A stretch of DNA of 64,000 nucleotides from an uncultured bacterium (lineage in GTDB: Bacteria; Patescibacteriota; Patescibacteriia; Patescibacteriales; UBA12465). Shown piece by piece: positions 55,475 to 63,830 of the stretch (the stretch's first letter is position 1; every line of letters begins with the position of its first letter). The translations under genes and the position numbers were made by a program. The DNA lies in contig OW818634.1 of NCBI GenBank assembly GCA_942492765.1, positions 793,159 to 857,158 of the forward strand, in the 5' to 3' direction. The notes below the pieces were generated by a model. It saw nothing but the letters and a program-made list of their open reading frames with translations. It did no database searches and was not told the DNA's origin.

Positions 55475-56620
55475 ATGCCTCAAAAATTAACCAAGCCTTT
55501 CATCTTAATTTTAGTGGGTTTAGTTCTCGCCGGCTGTTATCTAGTCTTTAAGCCGTTTTTAACGGAAATAATCGTCGCCGCCATTCTGGCGTCGGTTTTT
55601 TATACTCCGTTCATCCGTTTTTCTAATTTCCTCAAAGGCCGCAAGAGCTTAGCGGCTCTTTTGATGTGCTTGTTGCTTCTCGTTATCGTCATCCTGCCGT
55701 CAATCAAGCTCATGGTCTATGCCGGCGAGAAATCTGTCGGCGCCTATAGCGCGACTGTGGAATTCTTCGATAACCATACCATCAACGACCTATTCAAGAC
55801 TGAGTTCTTTAATCGCGGCGTTCTGCGCCGCATCAATGTAGATAATTTTGATTTCCATAGCGAGAACTTCAAGAATGCGCTGCTCACGACTTTCAAAGAA
55901 TCGAGCAATTGGCTCTTATCCGGCGCGACTTTCGCTGTCAAAGAGACGACGAGCTTTATTGTCTCTCTCGTTCTCATCATCATTACGATGTTCTTCTTCT
56001 TCGTCGACGGCGAAAAGATGCTTAATAAGCTCATGTTCTTATCGCCGCTTCAGAATAAGTATGACAAGGAATTATTCCGGAAATTCCGGGTAGTCAGCCG
56101 CACGACTTTCGTCTCGACTTTTGTCGTCGCCTTAGCGCAAGGCGCGGTCGGCGCTATCGGCTTCGCGATTGTCGGCTTTCCGGCGTTCTTAGCCGGCGTC
56201 TTGGTGGCTGTCCTGTCGCTCTTGCCTTATGTCGGCTCTATGATTTTCTATGTTCCGGTCGGCATCTATTATCTTTTGACTGGCGATATCTGGCAGGGAA
56301 TCTTTATTCTCCTTTGGGGCATGCTGATCATCGGCACTATCGATAACGTCATCCGCACCTATATGGTTAAGGACGAAGCGGAAATAAATCCGGTCTTCGT
56401 CTTCTTCTCTATCCTCGGCGGCATCGTCCTTTTCGGCTTCTGGGGGGTCGTCCTTGGTCCGCTTTTGATCGCGCTGGCGGTTACGGTCTTCCATATCTAT
56501 GAACTCGAATTCTGCGATTCGCTCGATGGCGAGAATTGCCGCGAATTGAGGAACGAAGTCGAGATAGCGGAGCGCCAGGAAGCGGCCCGCTTAGCAGAGC
56601 TAAGCGCCAAGAAGAAGTAA
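55475..56620 (+). CDS. AI-2E family transporter (PerM-like)
   Basis: 8 TM helices, LLPYVGSMIFYVP and GG..LFG..G motifs. Confidence 0.8.
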   Translation: MPQKLTKPFILILVGLVLAGCYLVFKPFLTEIIVAAILASVFYTPFIRFSNFLKGRKSLAALLMCLLLLVIVILPSIKLMVYAGEKSVGAYSATVEFFDNHTINDLFKTEFFNRGVLRRINVDNFDFHSENFKNALLTTFKESSNWLLSGATFAVKETTSFIVSLVLIIITMFFFFVDGEKMLNKLMFLSPLQNKYDKELFRKFRVVSRTTFVSTFVVALAQGAVGAIGFAIVGFPAFLAGVLVAVLSLLPYVGSMIFYVPVGIYYLLTGDIWQGIFILLWGMLIIGTIDNVIRTYMVKDEAEINPVFVFFSILGGIVLFGFWGVVLGPLLIALAVTVFHIYELEFCDSLDGENCRELRNEVEIAERQEAARLAELSAKKK

Positions 56621-56646
56621 GCTTTTAAAAATTAATATAACATCAT

Positions 56647-57177
56647 ATGATCGGACCAAAAACCAAGAAAAACCTGGAGGAGGCGTTCGCTGGCGAATCC
56701 ATGGCTCGCAATAAATATGATTATTTCGCTTCAGCTTTCCGGAAAGCCGGCTATGTCCAGATAGCTAATATCTTCGAAGAGACCGCGCGCAACGAGAAAG
56801 AGCACGCTAAGGTCTGGGCTAAGCAACTGGGACTAATTCCGATGGAGCTTATGGAAGACCTGAAGGCAGCCATCAAGGGCGAGCATTACGAGAATTCGGA
56901 AATGTATCCGCGCATGCAGGCGGAAGCGCTCGAAGAGGGGCATGAAAATATCGCTAAGTTATTTAAGGAGATTGGTGAAGTCGAAGAGAAGCACGAAGCG
57001 CGCTACCAGAAATTACTCGCGAATATGGAGAAGGGCGAAGTCTTCAAGAAGCCGGAAGTTAAACGCTGGAAATGTGATAATTGCGGCTATATCCATGAAG
57101 GGACGGAGGCTCCGGACAAGTGCCCGGCCTGCAGCCATCCGCAAGCTTATTTCGAGGTTTTTGTTGAGACTTACTAA
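56647..57177 (+). CDS. Rubrerythrin
   Basis: Diiron four-helix bundle E..EH motifs plus C-terminal rubredoxin CDNCG...CPAC. Confidence 0.9.
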   Translation: MIGPKTKKNLEEAFAGESMARNKYDYFASAFRKAGYVQIANIFEETARNEKEHAKVWAKQLGLIPMELMEDLKAAIKGEHYENSEMYPRMQAEALEEGHENIAKLFKEIGEVEEKHEARYQKLLANMEKGEVFKKPEVKRWKCDNCGYIHEGTEAPDKCPACSHPQAYFEVFVETY

Positions 57178-57188
57178 GCAATAAATAT

Positions 57189-57329
57189 ATGAGCACACGA
57201 GTCGGAAAAACTTATTTCTGCCGTATCTGCGGCAACGAAGTCAAATTCGAGAAGGACGGGAACGGCCAGCTTATCTGCTGCGGGGAAGAGATGCAAATCA
57301 AGAAGGATGGGTTTGACGGGGAGGAATAG
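57189..57329 (+). CDS. Desulforedoxin-type small iron protein
   Basis: Not in the ORF track (46 aa): MSTRVGKTYFCRICGNEVKFEKDGNGQLICCGEEMQIKKDGFDGEE; CxxCG...G.L.CCG..M matches the desulforedoxin motif. Confidence 0.7.
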   Translation: MSTRVGKTYFCRICGNEVKFEKDGNGQLICCGEEMQIKKDGFDGEE

Positions 57330-57360
57330 GGCTAGTCATAAATAAGATAAATCTGATAAT

Positions 57361-57390
57361 AAAGGCCGTTTTTTGCGGTCTTTATTTTTT
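57361..57390 (+). terminator. Terminator after the rubrerythrin/desulforedoxin pair
   Basis: aaaggccg / cggtcttt stem plus T-rich tail. Confidence 0.55.
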
Positions 57391-57440
57391 GTTTAGGTTT
57401 TCTTTAAAATTCCATTAGGTGTTATTGCTATAATATAGGT

Positions 57441-58103
57441 ATGGAAAATATCCTTAAGCAAAAAGCGTTGGATTTGAGAAAACAGGGCTATTCTTTTAAT
57501 GAAATGAGCCGGCTGCTTAATGTTGCTAAAAGTACGGTTTCTCTATGGACTAGATCAGTACCACTGAGCGAGAATGCTAAGCTGAGGATAAGAGATTTAG
57601 GCGATAAAGGCAGGTGGAAAGCTAGAGAGACTATCAGGCGCAAACAAGCCTTGATTCTCGATGGCATTAAAAATGATTGCGGCGCGTTGGTTAATAAAAA
57701 ATACGGGTTAGATGATTATAAGTTATTCTTGGCGCTTTTATATTGGGGAGAAGGGGCTAAGACTGAGCATAGACTTAATTTTATCAATTCTGATCCAGAC
57801 ATGATCAGGATATACCTATGGCTATTAAGAAAGTCTTTTATTATTAAGGAAGAGCACTTGAAAGGCCTGCTTCATCTTCACGAATATCATAATCGGGAGG
57901 AAATGGTTGATTTTTGGTCTAAAATAACGGGTATTCCCAAAAATAATTTTTCCATATATAATAAGCCCCATACTGGAATCAATAAGAAGCCCGGTTATAA
58001 GGGCTGCTTGTCAATTCGGTATGGAGATAGTAGAATAATAAAAGAGATTTTTATTATCATTGAGAGGTTTAAAAATCTAGCTAATATTGCGGGATTGGTG
58101 TAG
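57441..58103 (+). CDS. HTH-domain protein with possible single LAGLIDADG-like motif
   Basis: N-terminal HTH (YSFNEMSRLLNVAKSTVSLW); LALLYWGEGAK resembles a LAGLIDADG/GEG motif; stop codon lies 15 nt inside tRNA-Trp; visibly more AT-rich than its neighbours. Confidence 0.45.
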   Translation: MENILKQKALDLRKQGYSFNEMSRLLNVAKSTVSLWTRSVPLSENAKLRIRDLGDKGRWKARETIRRKQALILDGIKNDCGALVNKKYGLDDYKLFLALLYWGEGAKTEHRLNFINSDPDMIRIYLWLLRKSFIIKEEHLKGLLHLHEYHNREEMVDFWSKITGIPKNNFSIYNKPHTGINKKPGYKGCLSIRYGDSRIIKEIFIIIERFKNLANIAGLV

Positions 58104-58159
58104 TGGTAACATATCTCTCTCCAAAAGAGCAGACGGGGGTTCGATTCCCTCATCCCGTG
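58089..58159 (+). tRNA. tRNA-Trp (anticodon CCA)
   Basis: Acceptor gcgggat/atcccgt (G1-U72), anticodon loop cuCCAaa, T-arm ggggg-ttcgatt-ccctc. Confidence 0.8.
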
Positions 58160-58170
58160 CGGAAAAGCAT

Positions 58171-58199
58171 AAAAGACGCCTTGATTTAAGGCGTCTTTT
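58171..58199 (+). terminator. Terminator after tRNA-Trp
   Basis: aaaagacgcc / ggcgtctttt 10-bp stem. Confidence 0.7.
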
Positions 58200-58246
58200 A
58201 TCTTAGTATAAAGCTATCATTCTATCATTAATGAATTCTAGATTCT

Positions 58247-58933
58247 ATGGAAAAATCTTATAAATATTTCAGCGCTATCTGCGTCTTCTTCGTCTCTGTG
58301 CTCTTGATCTCTAACGTCGCGTCGACGAAGATCGTCGACTTGAAATGGTTTACTTTCGACGGCGGAACCTTATTATTCCCGTTGAGCTATATCTTCGGCG
58401 ATATCCTGACCGAAGTCTATGGCTATAAGAAATCTAGGCAGGCGATTTGGCTCGGCTTCTTCGCGGCCCTCGTCATGTCTTTAGTCTTCATTATCGTAGG
58501 TAAGCTACCGGCCGCTCCGGGCTGGGAGAATCAGGAGGCTTATGACAAGATACTGGGTCTCACGCCGCGCATCGTCGTCGCGAGCTTAGTCGCCTATCTT
58601 TGTGGCGAGTTCATGAATTCTTTTATACTCGCCAAGATGAAGATAATGACTAAGGGCAAGTGGCTCTGGACGCGGACAATCGGTTCGACCTTGGTCGGGG
58701 AGCTAGTCGACAGCCTGATTTTCGTCCTCGTCGCTTTTGCCGGTTTATTGCCATGGCCTTTGATTATGACCCTCATAGTTTCTAATTACGTCTTTAAGAC
58801 TTTGGTCGAGATATTGTTTACGCCTTTGACCTATAAGGTTGTCGGCTTCCTGAAAAAGAACGAGCAGGAGGATTATTATGACTATGGGACGAAGTTTGGG
58901 GTGTTTGGGAGGGTAGGGAAATTGGATAGATAA
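58247..58933 (+). CDS. yhhQ: Queuosine-precursor transporter (YhhQ/DUF165 family)
   Basis: FPLSYIFGDILTEVYGY and polytopic membrane pattern of DUF165. Confidence 0.8.
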   Translation: MEKSYKYFSAICVFFVSVLLISNVASTKIVDLKWFTFDGGTLLFPLSYIFGDILTEVYGYKKSRQAIWLGFFAALVMSLVFIIVGKLPAAPGWENQEAYDKILGLTPRIVVASLVAYLCGEFMNSFILAKMKIMTKGKWLWTRTIGSTLVGELVDSLIFVLVAFAGLLPWPLIMTLIVSNYVFKTLVEILFTPLTYKVVGFLKKNEQEDYYDYGTKFGVFGRVGKLDR

Positions 58934-58941
58934 AGATAAAG

Positions 58942-58962
58942 AAAGGATGTGGGAATCCTTTT
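58942..58962 (+). terminator. Terminator after yhhQ
   Basis: aaaggat-gtggga-atccttt hairpin plus T. Confidence 0.55.
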
Positions 58963-59045
58963 GAATATTATTTAAGCTAATTCTTTAATTTTTGCTAAAT
59001 ATGTATATTTGTATTAGAATATAGTTATAGCATATTCTAAATATA

Positions 59046-59936
59046 ATGAATAAAATTCAACTTGATAAAATAATTAATATTTTGCCAAAATCAAAAGTAA
59101 AGCTCTTGAAAAAAGGGAAAAATTTTCATATTTTATTAACAGGCGACTCTGCGAAAATATTAGAATCATTTCCAGATGGTTCGGTTGATGTTATCTTTAC
59201 CGACCCCCCATACAATGCCAGATTAAATTATGGTGATACATATAATGATAATTTACCTCGAGCCGAGTATTTTGAACAAACTCTTCTATGGTTCAAGGAT
59301 TATGCAAGGATACTAAGCGATAAGGGGTGTCTGTATTTGATGAATTATCCAGAAATTAATGCAAGAATTTTGCCTTATTTAGAAGATAAGCTGGGGTTAA
59401 TTTTTAAAAGATGGATTACGTGGCACTACCCGACAAATATTGGCCACTCTAGGAACAATTTTACTAGAAGTCAGAGATCAATTCTATTTTTATCAAAAAC
59501 AGATAATCATACATTTAATAGAGATAGAATATTGCAACCATACAAGAACCCTGGGGTTGGAAAAATAAAGAAACTTTTACAAGAGGGAAGTAAGGGTCGT
59601 GCAGCATATGATTTTTTGGATTTTATTGATTTGTTAGAAATGAGGACTGTCGAAAATGATTTTAGCCCCCTGGATGTGCATGACGTTGATTTATTGAAAA
59701 ATGTAAGTAAGGATAGATTAAATGAAAAACATCCATGTCAGCTCCCATTTGAATTGATAAAAAGATTATTATTAGTTAGTAGCAAAGCAGGAGATGTGGT
59801 GTTGGACCCATTCGCCGGGACATTTAGCACATCTTCCGTGGCAACAAATTTAGGGCTTAGTTCTGTCGGCATTGAAATAAATCCAGAATACGTTAATTTA
59901 GGATTGGAGAGGTTGAAACGACATGTAACACAATAG
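59046..59936 (+). CDS. DNA methyltransferase, beta-class N4-cytosine/N6-adenine type
   Basis: Motif IV FTDPPYN precedes motif I VLDPFAGTFST (order IV then I = beta class). Confidence 0.85.
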   Translation: MNKIQLDKIINILPKSKVKLLKKGKNFHILLTGDSAKILESFPDGSVDVIFTDPPYNARLNYGDTYNDNLPRAEYFEQTLLWFKDYARILSDKGCLYLMNYPEINARILPYLEDKLGLIFKRWITWHYPTNIGHSRNNFTRSQRSILFLSKTDNHTFNRDRILQPYKNPGVGKIKKLLQEGSKGRAAYDFLDFIDLLEMRTVENDFSPLDVHDVDLLKNVSKDRLNEKHPCQLPFELIKRLLLVSSKAGDVVLDPFAGTFSTSSVATNLGLSSVGIEINPEYVNLGLERLKRHVTQ

Positions 59937-59963
59937 GTTGGTAGAAACATAAGGTGTTTAAAT

Positions 59964-61670
59964 ATGGATAAAAATAAAAAAAAACCTACAACAGATAAAG
60001 AACGTCTTCGTCTCCAGAAAAAAATACGACAAGATATTCGATCTATTTTTAACAATGCAGGTTTTACTTTGATTCCTCAGCATGATATCGATATAGAAAT
60101 ACAAGGTAGTAAAAGTGATTTAGATAACATATTTATTTTTGAAAACGTTATAGTCATCGCAGAGGACACAATTACCTCGGCTGATAAGAATGCCCATTTA
60201 AGAAAAAAAGCGGAGTTTTTTAAACTTTGTTTAGATAACAAATCTGAATTTATTCAATTTTTAAAAACAATTCCAGCATATAAAACTTGCAAAGCGATGA
60301 CATGCAGCGATAGTGATATTAAACTATCGTTTTTGTATGTATCATTATTTGAAGTAGACACTCAACATAAAAAAATTTACTCATCTCTTAGTTTTATTGA
60401 TTCGAAGGCATTAAATTATTTTTTTAGTATTTCGAAAACAATTAAAAAATCTGTTAAATTCGAAATATTTAAATTTCTAGGAATTAATAATGATGAAATT
60501 GGAATCCAGGGGAGCAGCACTACTAACAAGCAATATCCCGGTTTAATTTTGCCGCAAACACTGAGTGGTTTTCCGGCTGGGTATCAATTAGTTTCTTTTC
60601 TAATTGATCCAGAAACTTTACTTGAGCAAGCCTATGTTTTAAGAAAAGATGGTTGGATGGATAACGATTGTGTTTATCAGAGAATACTCGTTGGCAGCAA
60701 AATACTTAATATGAGAAAGTACCTCACAACAGAGGGGCGAGTTTTTGTAAATAATGTAATTATTACACTACCAGACGATGTAAAAGTGACAGATGCAAGC
60801 CATAATTCTTTAAATACACCTTTGACCACTAGAATCGTAAAACATCCGGTTTTAATCGAAATTCCACAGAAATCTGGAAATATAGGAATTATTGATGGAC
60901 AGCACAGAGTTTTTTCTTATCATGAAGGAGGAAGCGATGACCAATATGAAAAAATTATTAGCAAGATGAGGGGTGAACAGCACTTGTTAGTTACAGGAAT
61001 TATATTTCCTAAAGATATGTTAGAAAATGAACGTATAAGATTTGAGGCAAAATTATTTTTAGAAATTAATGATAAACAAACAAGGACAAATACTGCGCTC
61101 CGACAAGTGCTGGGCATGATCATTAATCCATTTGAAGAACTGTCTATCGCAAAGATGGTCGTTAATAGACTGGCCGAACGTGCACCAATGGATGATGTGT
61201 TAGAGCAACATTTTTTTGATAAGAGAAAATTAAAAACATCTTCTATCGTTTCCTATGGCATGAAACACTTAATTAAGCTTTCCGGCGACGACTCTTTTTT
61301 TTCTGTTTGGAGTAATAAAAAAAAGAATTCTTTGCGGAAAGGTAAAGATAAAGTATTGTTAAAGCAATATATAGATTTTTGTACCAACGAGACTAATGGA
61401 TTTTTGCAAGCTTTTAAAAAAAATACTCCGTCAGACATGTGGACTACTAATCAAAAGATAAGTAGAGTTTTAACGGCGACTACTATTATAGGTTTAATTT
61501 ATTGTTTGAGACTCTTAATTAAAAATAAAAAACAGCTTGATTTTAATTATTATGATAAATGTTTTAAAAAATTAAATAAAAAAATTGATTTTACTCCTAA
61601 AAAATTTAAATTTAAATCTAGTCACTGGAAGGATCTCGGAGACGAAATATATAATATTTGTTTTATCTGA
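59964..61670 (+). CDS. DGQHR-domain (DndB/ParB-Srx-like) protein
   Basis: IGIIDGQHRVFSY and FLEINDKQTRTN motifs; 568 aa; 27 nt downstream of the methyltransferase. Confidence 0.75.
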   Translation: MDKNKKKPTTDKERLRLQKKIRQDIRSIFNNAGFTLIPQHDIDIEIQGSKSDLDNIFIFENVIVIAEDTITSADKNAHLRKKAEFFKLCLDNKSEFIQFLKTIPAYKTCKAMTCSDSDIKLSFLYVSLFEVDTQHKKIYSSLSFIDSKALNYFFSISKTIKKSVKFEIFKFLGINNDEIGIQGSSTTNKQYPGLILPQTLSGFPAGYQLVSFLIDPETLLEQAYVLRKDGWMDNDCVYQRILVGSKILNMRKYLTTEGRVFVNNVIITLPDDVKVTDASHNSLNTPLTTRIVKHPVLIEIPQKSGNIGIIDGQHRVFSYHEGGSDDQYEKIISKMRGEQHLLVTGIIFPKDMLENERIRFEAKLFLEINDKQTRTNTALRQVLGMIINPFEELSIAKMVVNRLAERAPMDDVLEQHFFDKRKLKTSSIVSYGMKHLIKLSGDDSFFSVWSNKKKNSLRKGKDKVLLKQYIDFCTNETNGFLQAFKKNTPSDMWTTNQKISRVLTATTIIGLIYCLRLLIKNKKQLDFNYYDKCFKKLNKKIDFTPKKFKFKSSHWKDLGDEIYNICFI

Positions 61671-61734
61671 GAAGATTTTTTTTGGTTACCGTAAAGATAT
61701 CTTCTGTAAATTATAATTTACACCTAATATGGAC

Positions 61735-61757
61735 AACTCAGCGCGGGCTGGGTTTTT
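61735..61757 (+). terminator. Terminator after the DGQHR gene
   Basis: ctcagc-gcgg-gctggg stem followed by TTTTT. Confidence 0.55.
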
Positions 61758-61784
61758 ATTTTTGACTTTTTTGTAATATTATGA

Positions 61785-61826
61785 GATTATGAAGAAAAGA
61801 TAAAAAGATTATGAAGAAAAGATAAA
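61785..61826 (+). repeat. Tandem direct repeat, 2 x 20 nt at 22-nt period
   Basis: gattatgaagaaaagataaa at 61785-61804 and 61807-61826, each containing the mini-ORF ATG AAG AAA AGA TAA; ends 9 nt before the endonuclease ATG. Confidence 0.9.
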
Positions 61827-61835
61827 TTTAATATT

Positions 61836-62513
61836 ATGTTAAAAACAGCGCAAGAAGTCTTTAACCTGCTCAAGAAGCAACATATTGAGAAGTACAATGG
61901 GAATATATCTCTAAATTTAATGAATATTTCTGTCGCGCTTACCGATAAAAGTGCCGTGGGTTATATTTTTCAGGAGTGGCTCGCCTCTTGGTTATCTAAA
62001 AATAAAATTAATTTTGAAGTAAATTTAAATACTCAAGAATTTCCCGATTTTTATCTTAACCCCGGTCGTCATAATCGGAATTTGTTAGAAGTAAAGACAT
62101 TCGATATTGAGGCGAGCGCTAATTTTGATATAGCTAATTTTGATGCTTATTGTAGATCTTTAGAAACAAAAGCTTATAGACTTGACGCTGATTATTTAAT
62201 TTTCGGGTATTCTTTTGTCGATGGGCTTTTAACAATTAAAGAGGTTTGGTTGAAAAAAATTTGGGAAATTACAAGCCCAAGTGCTCGTTTTTCTGTAAAG
62301 ACACAAGTGAAGCAGGATATTATATATAATATAAGACCGTGCACTTGGTGGTCTGATAAAGCCGAATATAAGGCCTTCGAGACAAAAGGAGATTTTGTAA
62401 AAGCATTGTATAAAACTTTAATAGAATATAGAGGCAACAAAAAAATAGCTGATCATTGGATCAAAAGTGTAGAGGCTGGTTATATTAGAGGTGGCGGAAG
62501 AAAATTTTTATAG
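61836..62513 (+). CDS. Putative type II restriction endonuclease (PD-(D/E)xK)
   Basis: EFPDF...(14 aa)...LLEVKTFD matches PD...ExK; convergent with and overlapping the C5-MTase gene by 6 nt. Confidence 0.6.
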   Translation: MLKTAQEVFNLLKKQHIEKYNGNISLNLMNISVALTDKSAVGYIFQEWLASWLSKNKINFEVNLNTQEFPDFYLNPGRHNRNLLEVKTFDIEASANFDIANFDAYCRSLETKAYRLDADYLIFGYSFVDGLLTIKEVWLKKIWEITSPSARFSVKTQVKQDIIYNIRPCTWWSDKAEYKAFETKGDFVKALYKTLIEYRGNKKIADHWIKSVEAGYIRGGGRKFL

Positions 62514-63830
62514 TAAGCTCTGTATTATTTTCTCTGAAACTGCTTGGACTACGGGGACAACTATTGAATTACCTAATAAATCATACGCCTTGCTGTCTTG
62601 GAGTGTAATGTTATAATTTTCTGGAAATCCAAATAGTCTTAAACCCTCTCTTATGGTTAATTTTCTGAGCCCCCCATTATCAATCACCGCAATCTTATTC
62701 ATGTCGGTTGCAACGAGAGTCGGGCTATATTTATTTGAATCCAGAATTTTGCTAATTTCAAAACTTAATTTTCCCGTTATTATATTGTAACCTTTCTCGT
62801 TAGAATTGTCATGTTGTCGAACATGTTTTAGGTTTCCTCTGTTATCTTTTATTTCAAACAAATCTTTAGGATATTCTAATTTTAGATATCCTTTTTTTAT
62901 TAAATCATCTAGTATCTTTTTTAGTTCCTTCTTTGAATTTATTTTGTTATGGTAGAAAGAATAGATATCATCTAGAGTGAGAGGCATTCCATCCATCCAT
63001 TTTATATTTTTTTCTTCAGCCCATTTTTTTTTCCTGCGTTCTTTAAATATTGTATTTAGTAAATCACGTTGCACGAAACTTACTTTTCCTTTTAGATTAA
63101 AGTCCCAACTGTGTATATTATTTGTGCCGCCACGCTTATCTTTGATAGCCTTTCCTTCTAATTCGTCTGTATTGAAATGAGAAAATAATTTCTTTGTAAA
63201 GTCGTTAATTAAGTGGGGTTTATTTATTTCTAATATGTCAGATAATTTTTTATTTATTTTTTTAAAATTATTAATTTCTATTTTTTTCTTTAACGAACCT
63301 GCAATGTAAATTCTTTTTCTTTCTTGCGGCACTCCAAAGTCAACTGCATTTAAAACTTGCCAGCTTACTTTGTATCCCAAACTTTCTAATGTGTTTACGA
63401 TTACTTTAAAAGTTCTTCCCGTCTTGTCGTTGTAATTTTCTTTGTCATGATTAACAAGTCCCTCCACGTTTTCTAATAGAAAAATGGAAGGTTTCTTTTC
63501 TTTTAAAATTCTCTCTATTTCAAAAAATAAAGTACCTCTTGTATCCATAAAACCCTCTCTTTTTCCGGAATAACTAAATGGTTGGCACGGAAAACCGGCT
63601 AGTAGGCAGTCAAAATTTGGTATCTCACTAGTTTTTATTTGGGTGATATCTCCTTTTATGTTATGATCTTTGAAGTATTTTGAATAAACTTCCGTCGCAT
63701 AGTTTTTTATTTCTGAAGTAAAAACACACTCAGACGTAAAGCCCATCGCGTGGGCCGCTTTTTCAAAACCTATTCTTGTTCCTCCTAATCCAGCAAATAA
63801 ATCGATGAATTTTAGGTGTTTTTTTCTCAT
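62508..63830 (-). CDS. DNA (cytosine-5)-methyltransferase
   Basis: Motif I DLFAGLGG, IV GFPCQPFS, VI ENVEGL, VIII QERKR, X GNSIVVPV; long variable TRD. Confidence 0.93.
   Translation of the reverse strand: MRKKHLKFIDLFAGLGGTRIGFEKAAHAMGFTSECVFTSEIKNYATEVYSKYFKDHNIKGDITQIKTSEIPNFDCLLAGFPCQPFSYSGKREGFMDTRGTLFFEIERILKEKKPSIFLLENVEGLVNHDKENYNDKTGRTFKVIVNTLESLGYKVSWQVLNAVDFGVPQERKRIYIAGSLKKKIEINNFKKINKKLSDILEINKPHLINDFTKKLFSHFNTDELEGKAIKDKRGGTNNIHSWDFNLKGKVSFVQRDLLNTIFKERRKKKWAEEKNIKWMDGMPLTLDDIYSFYHNKINSKKELKKILDDLIKKGYLKLEYPKDLFEIKDNRGNLKHVRQHDNSNEKGYNIITGKLSFEISKILDSNKYSPTLVATDMNKIAVIDNGGLRKLTIREGLRLFGFPENYNITLQDSKAYDLLGNSIVVPVVQAVSEKIIQSLL

Noticed and set aside
58160-58246. preQ1 riboswitch upstream of yhhQ.
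   Set aside because: The interval is occupied by the tRNA-Trp terminator hairpin and AT-rich spacer. I see no preQ1-I-like hairpin with an A-rich tail.
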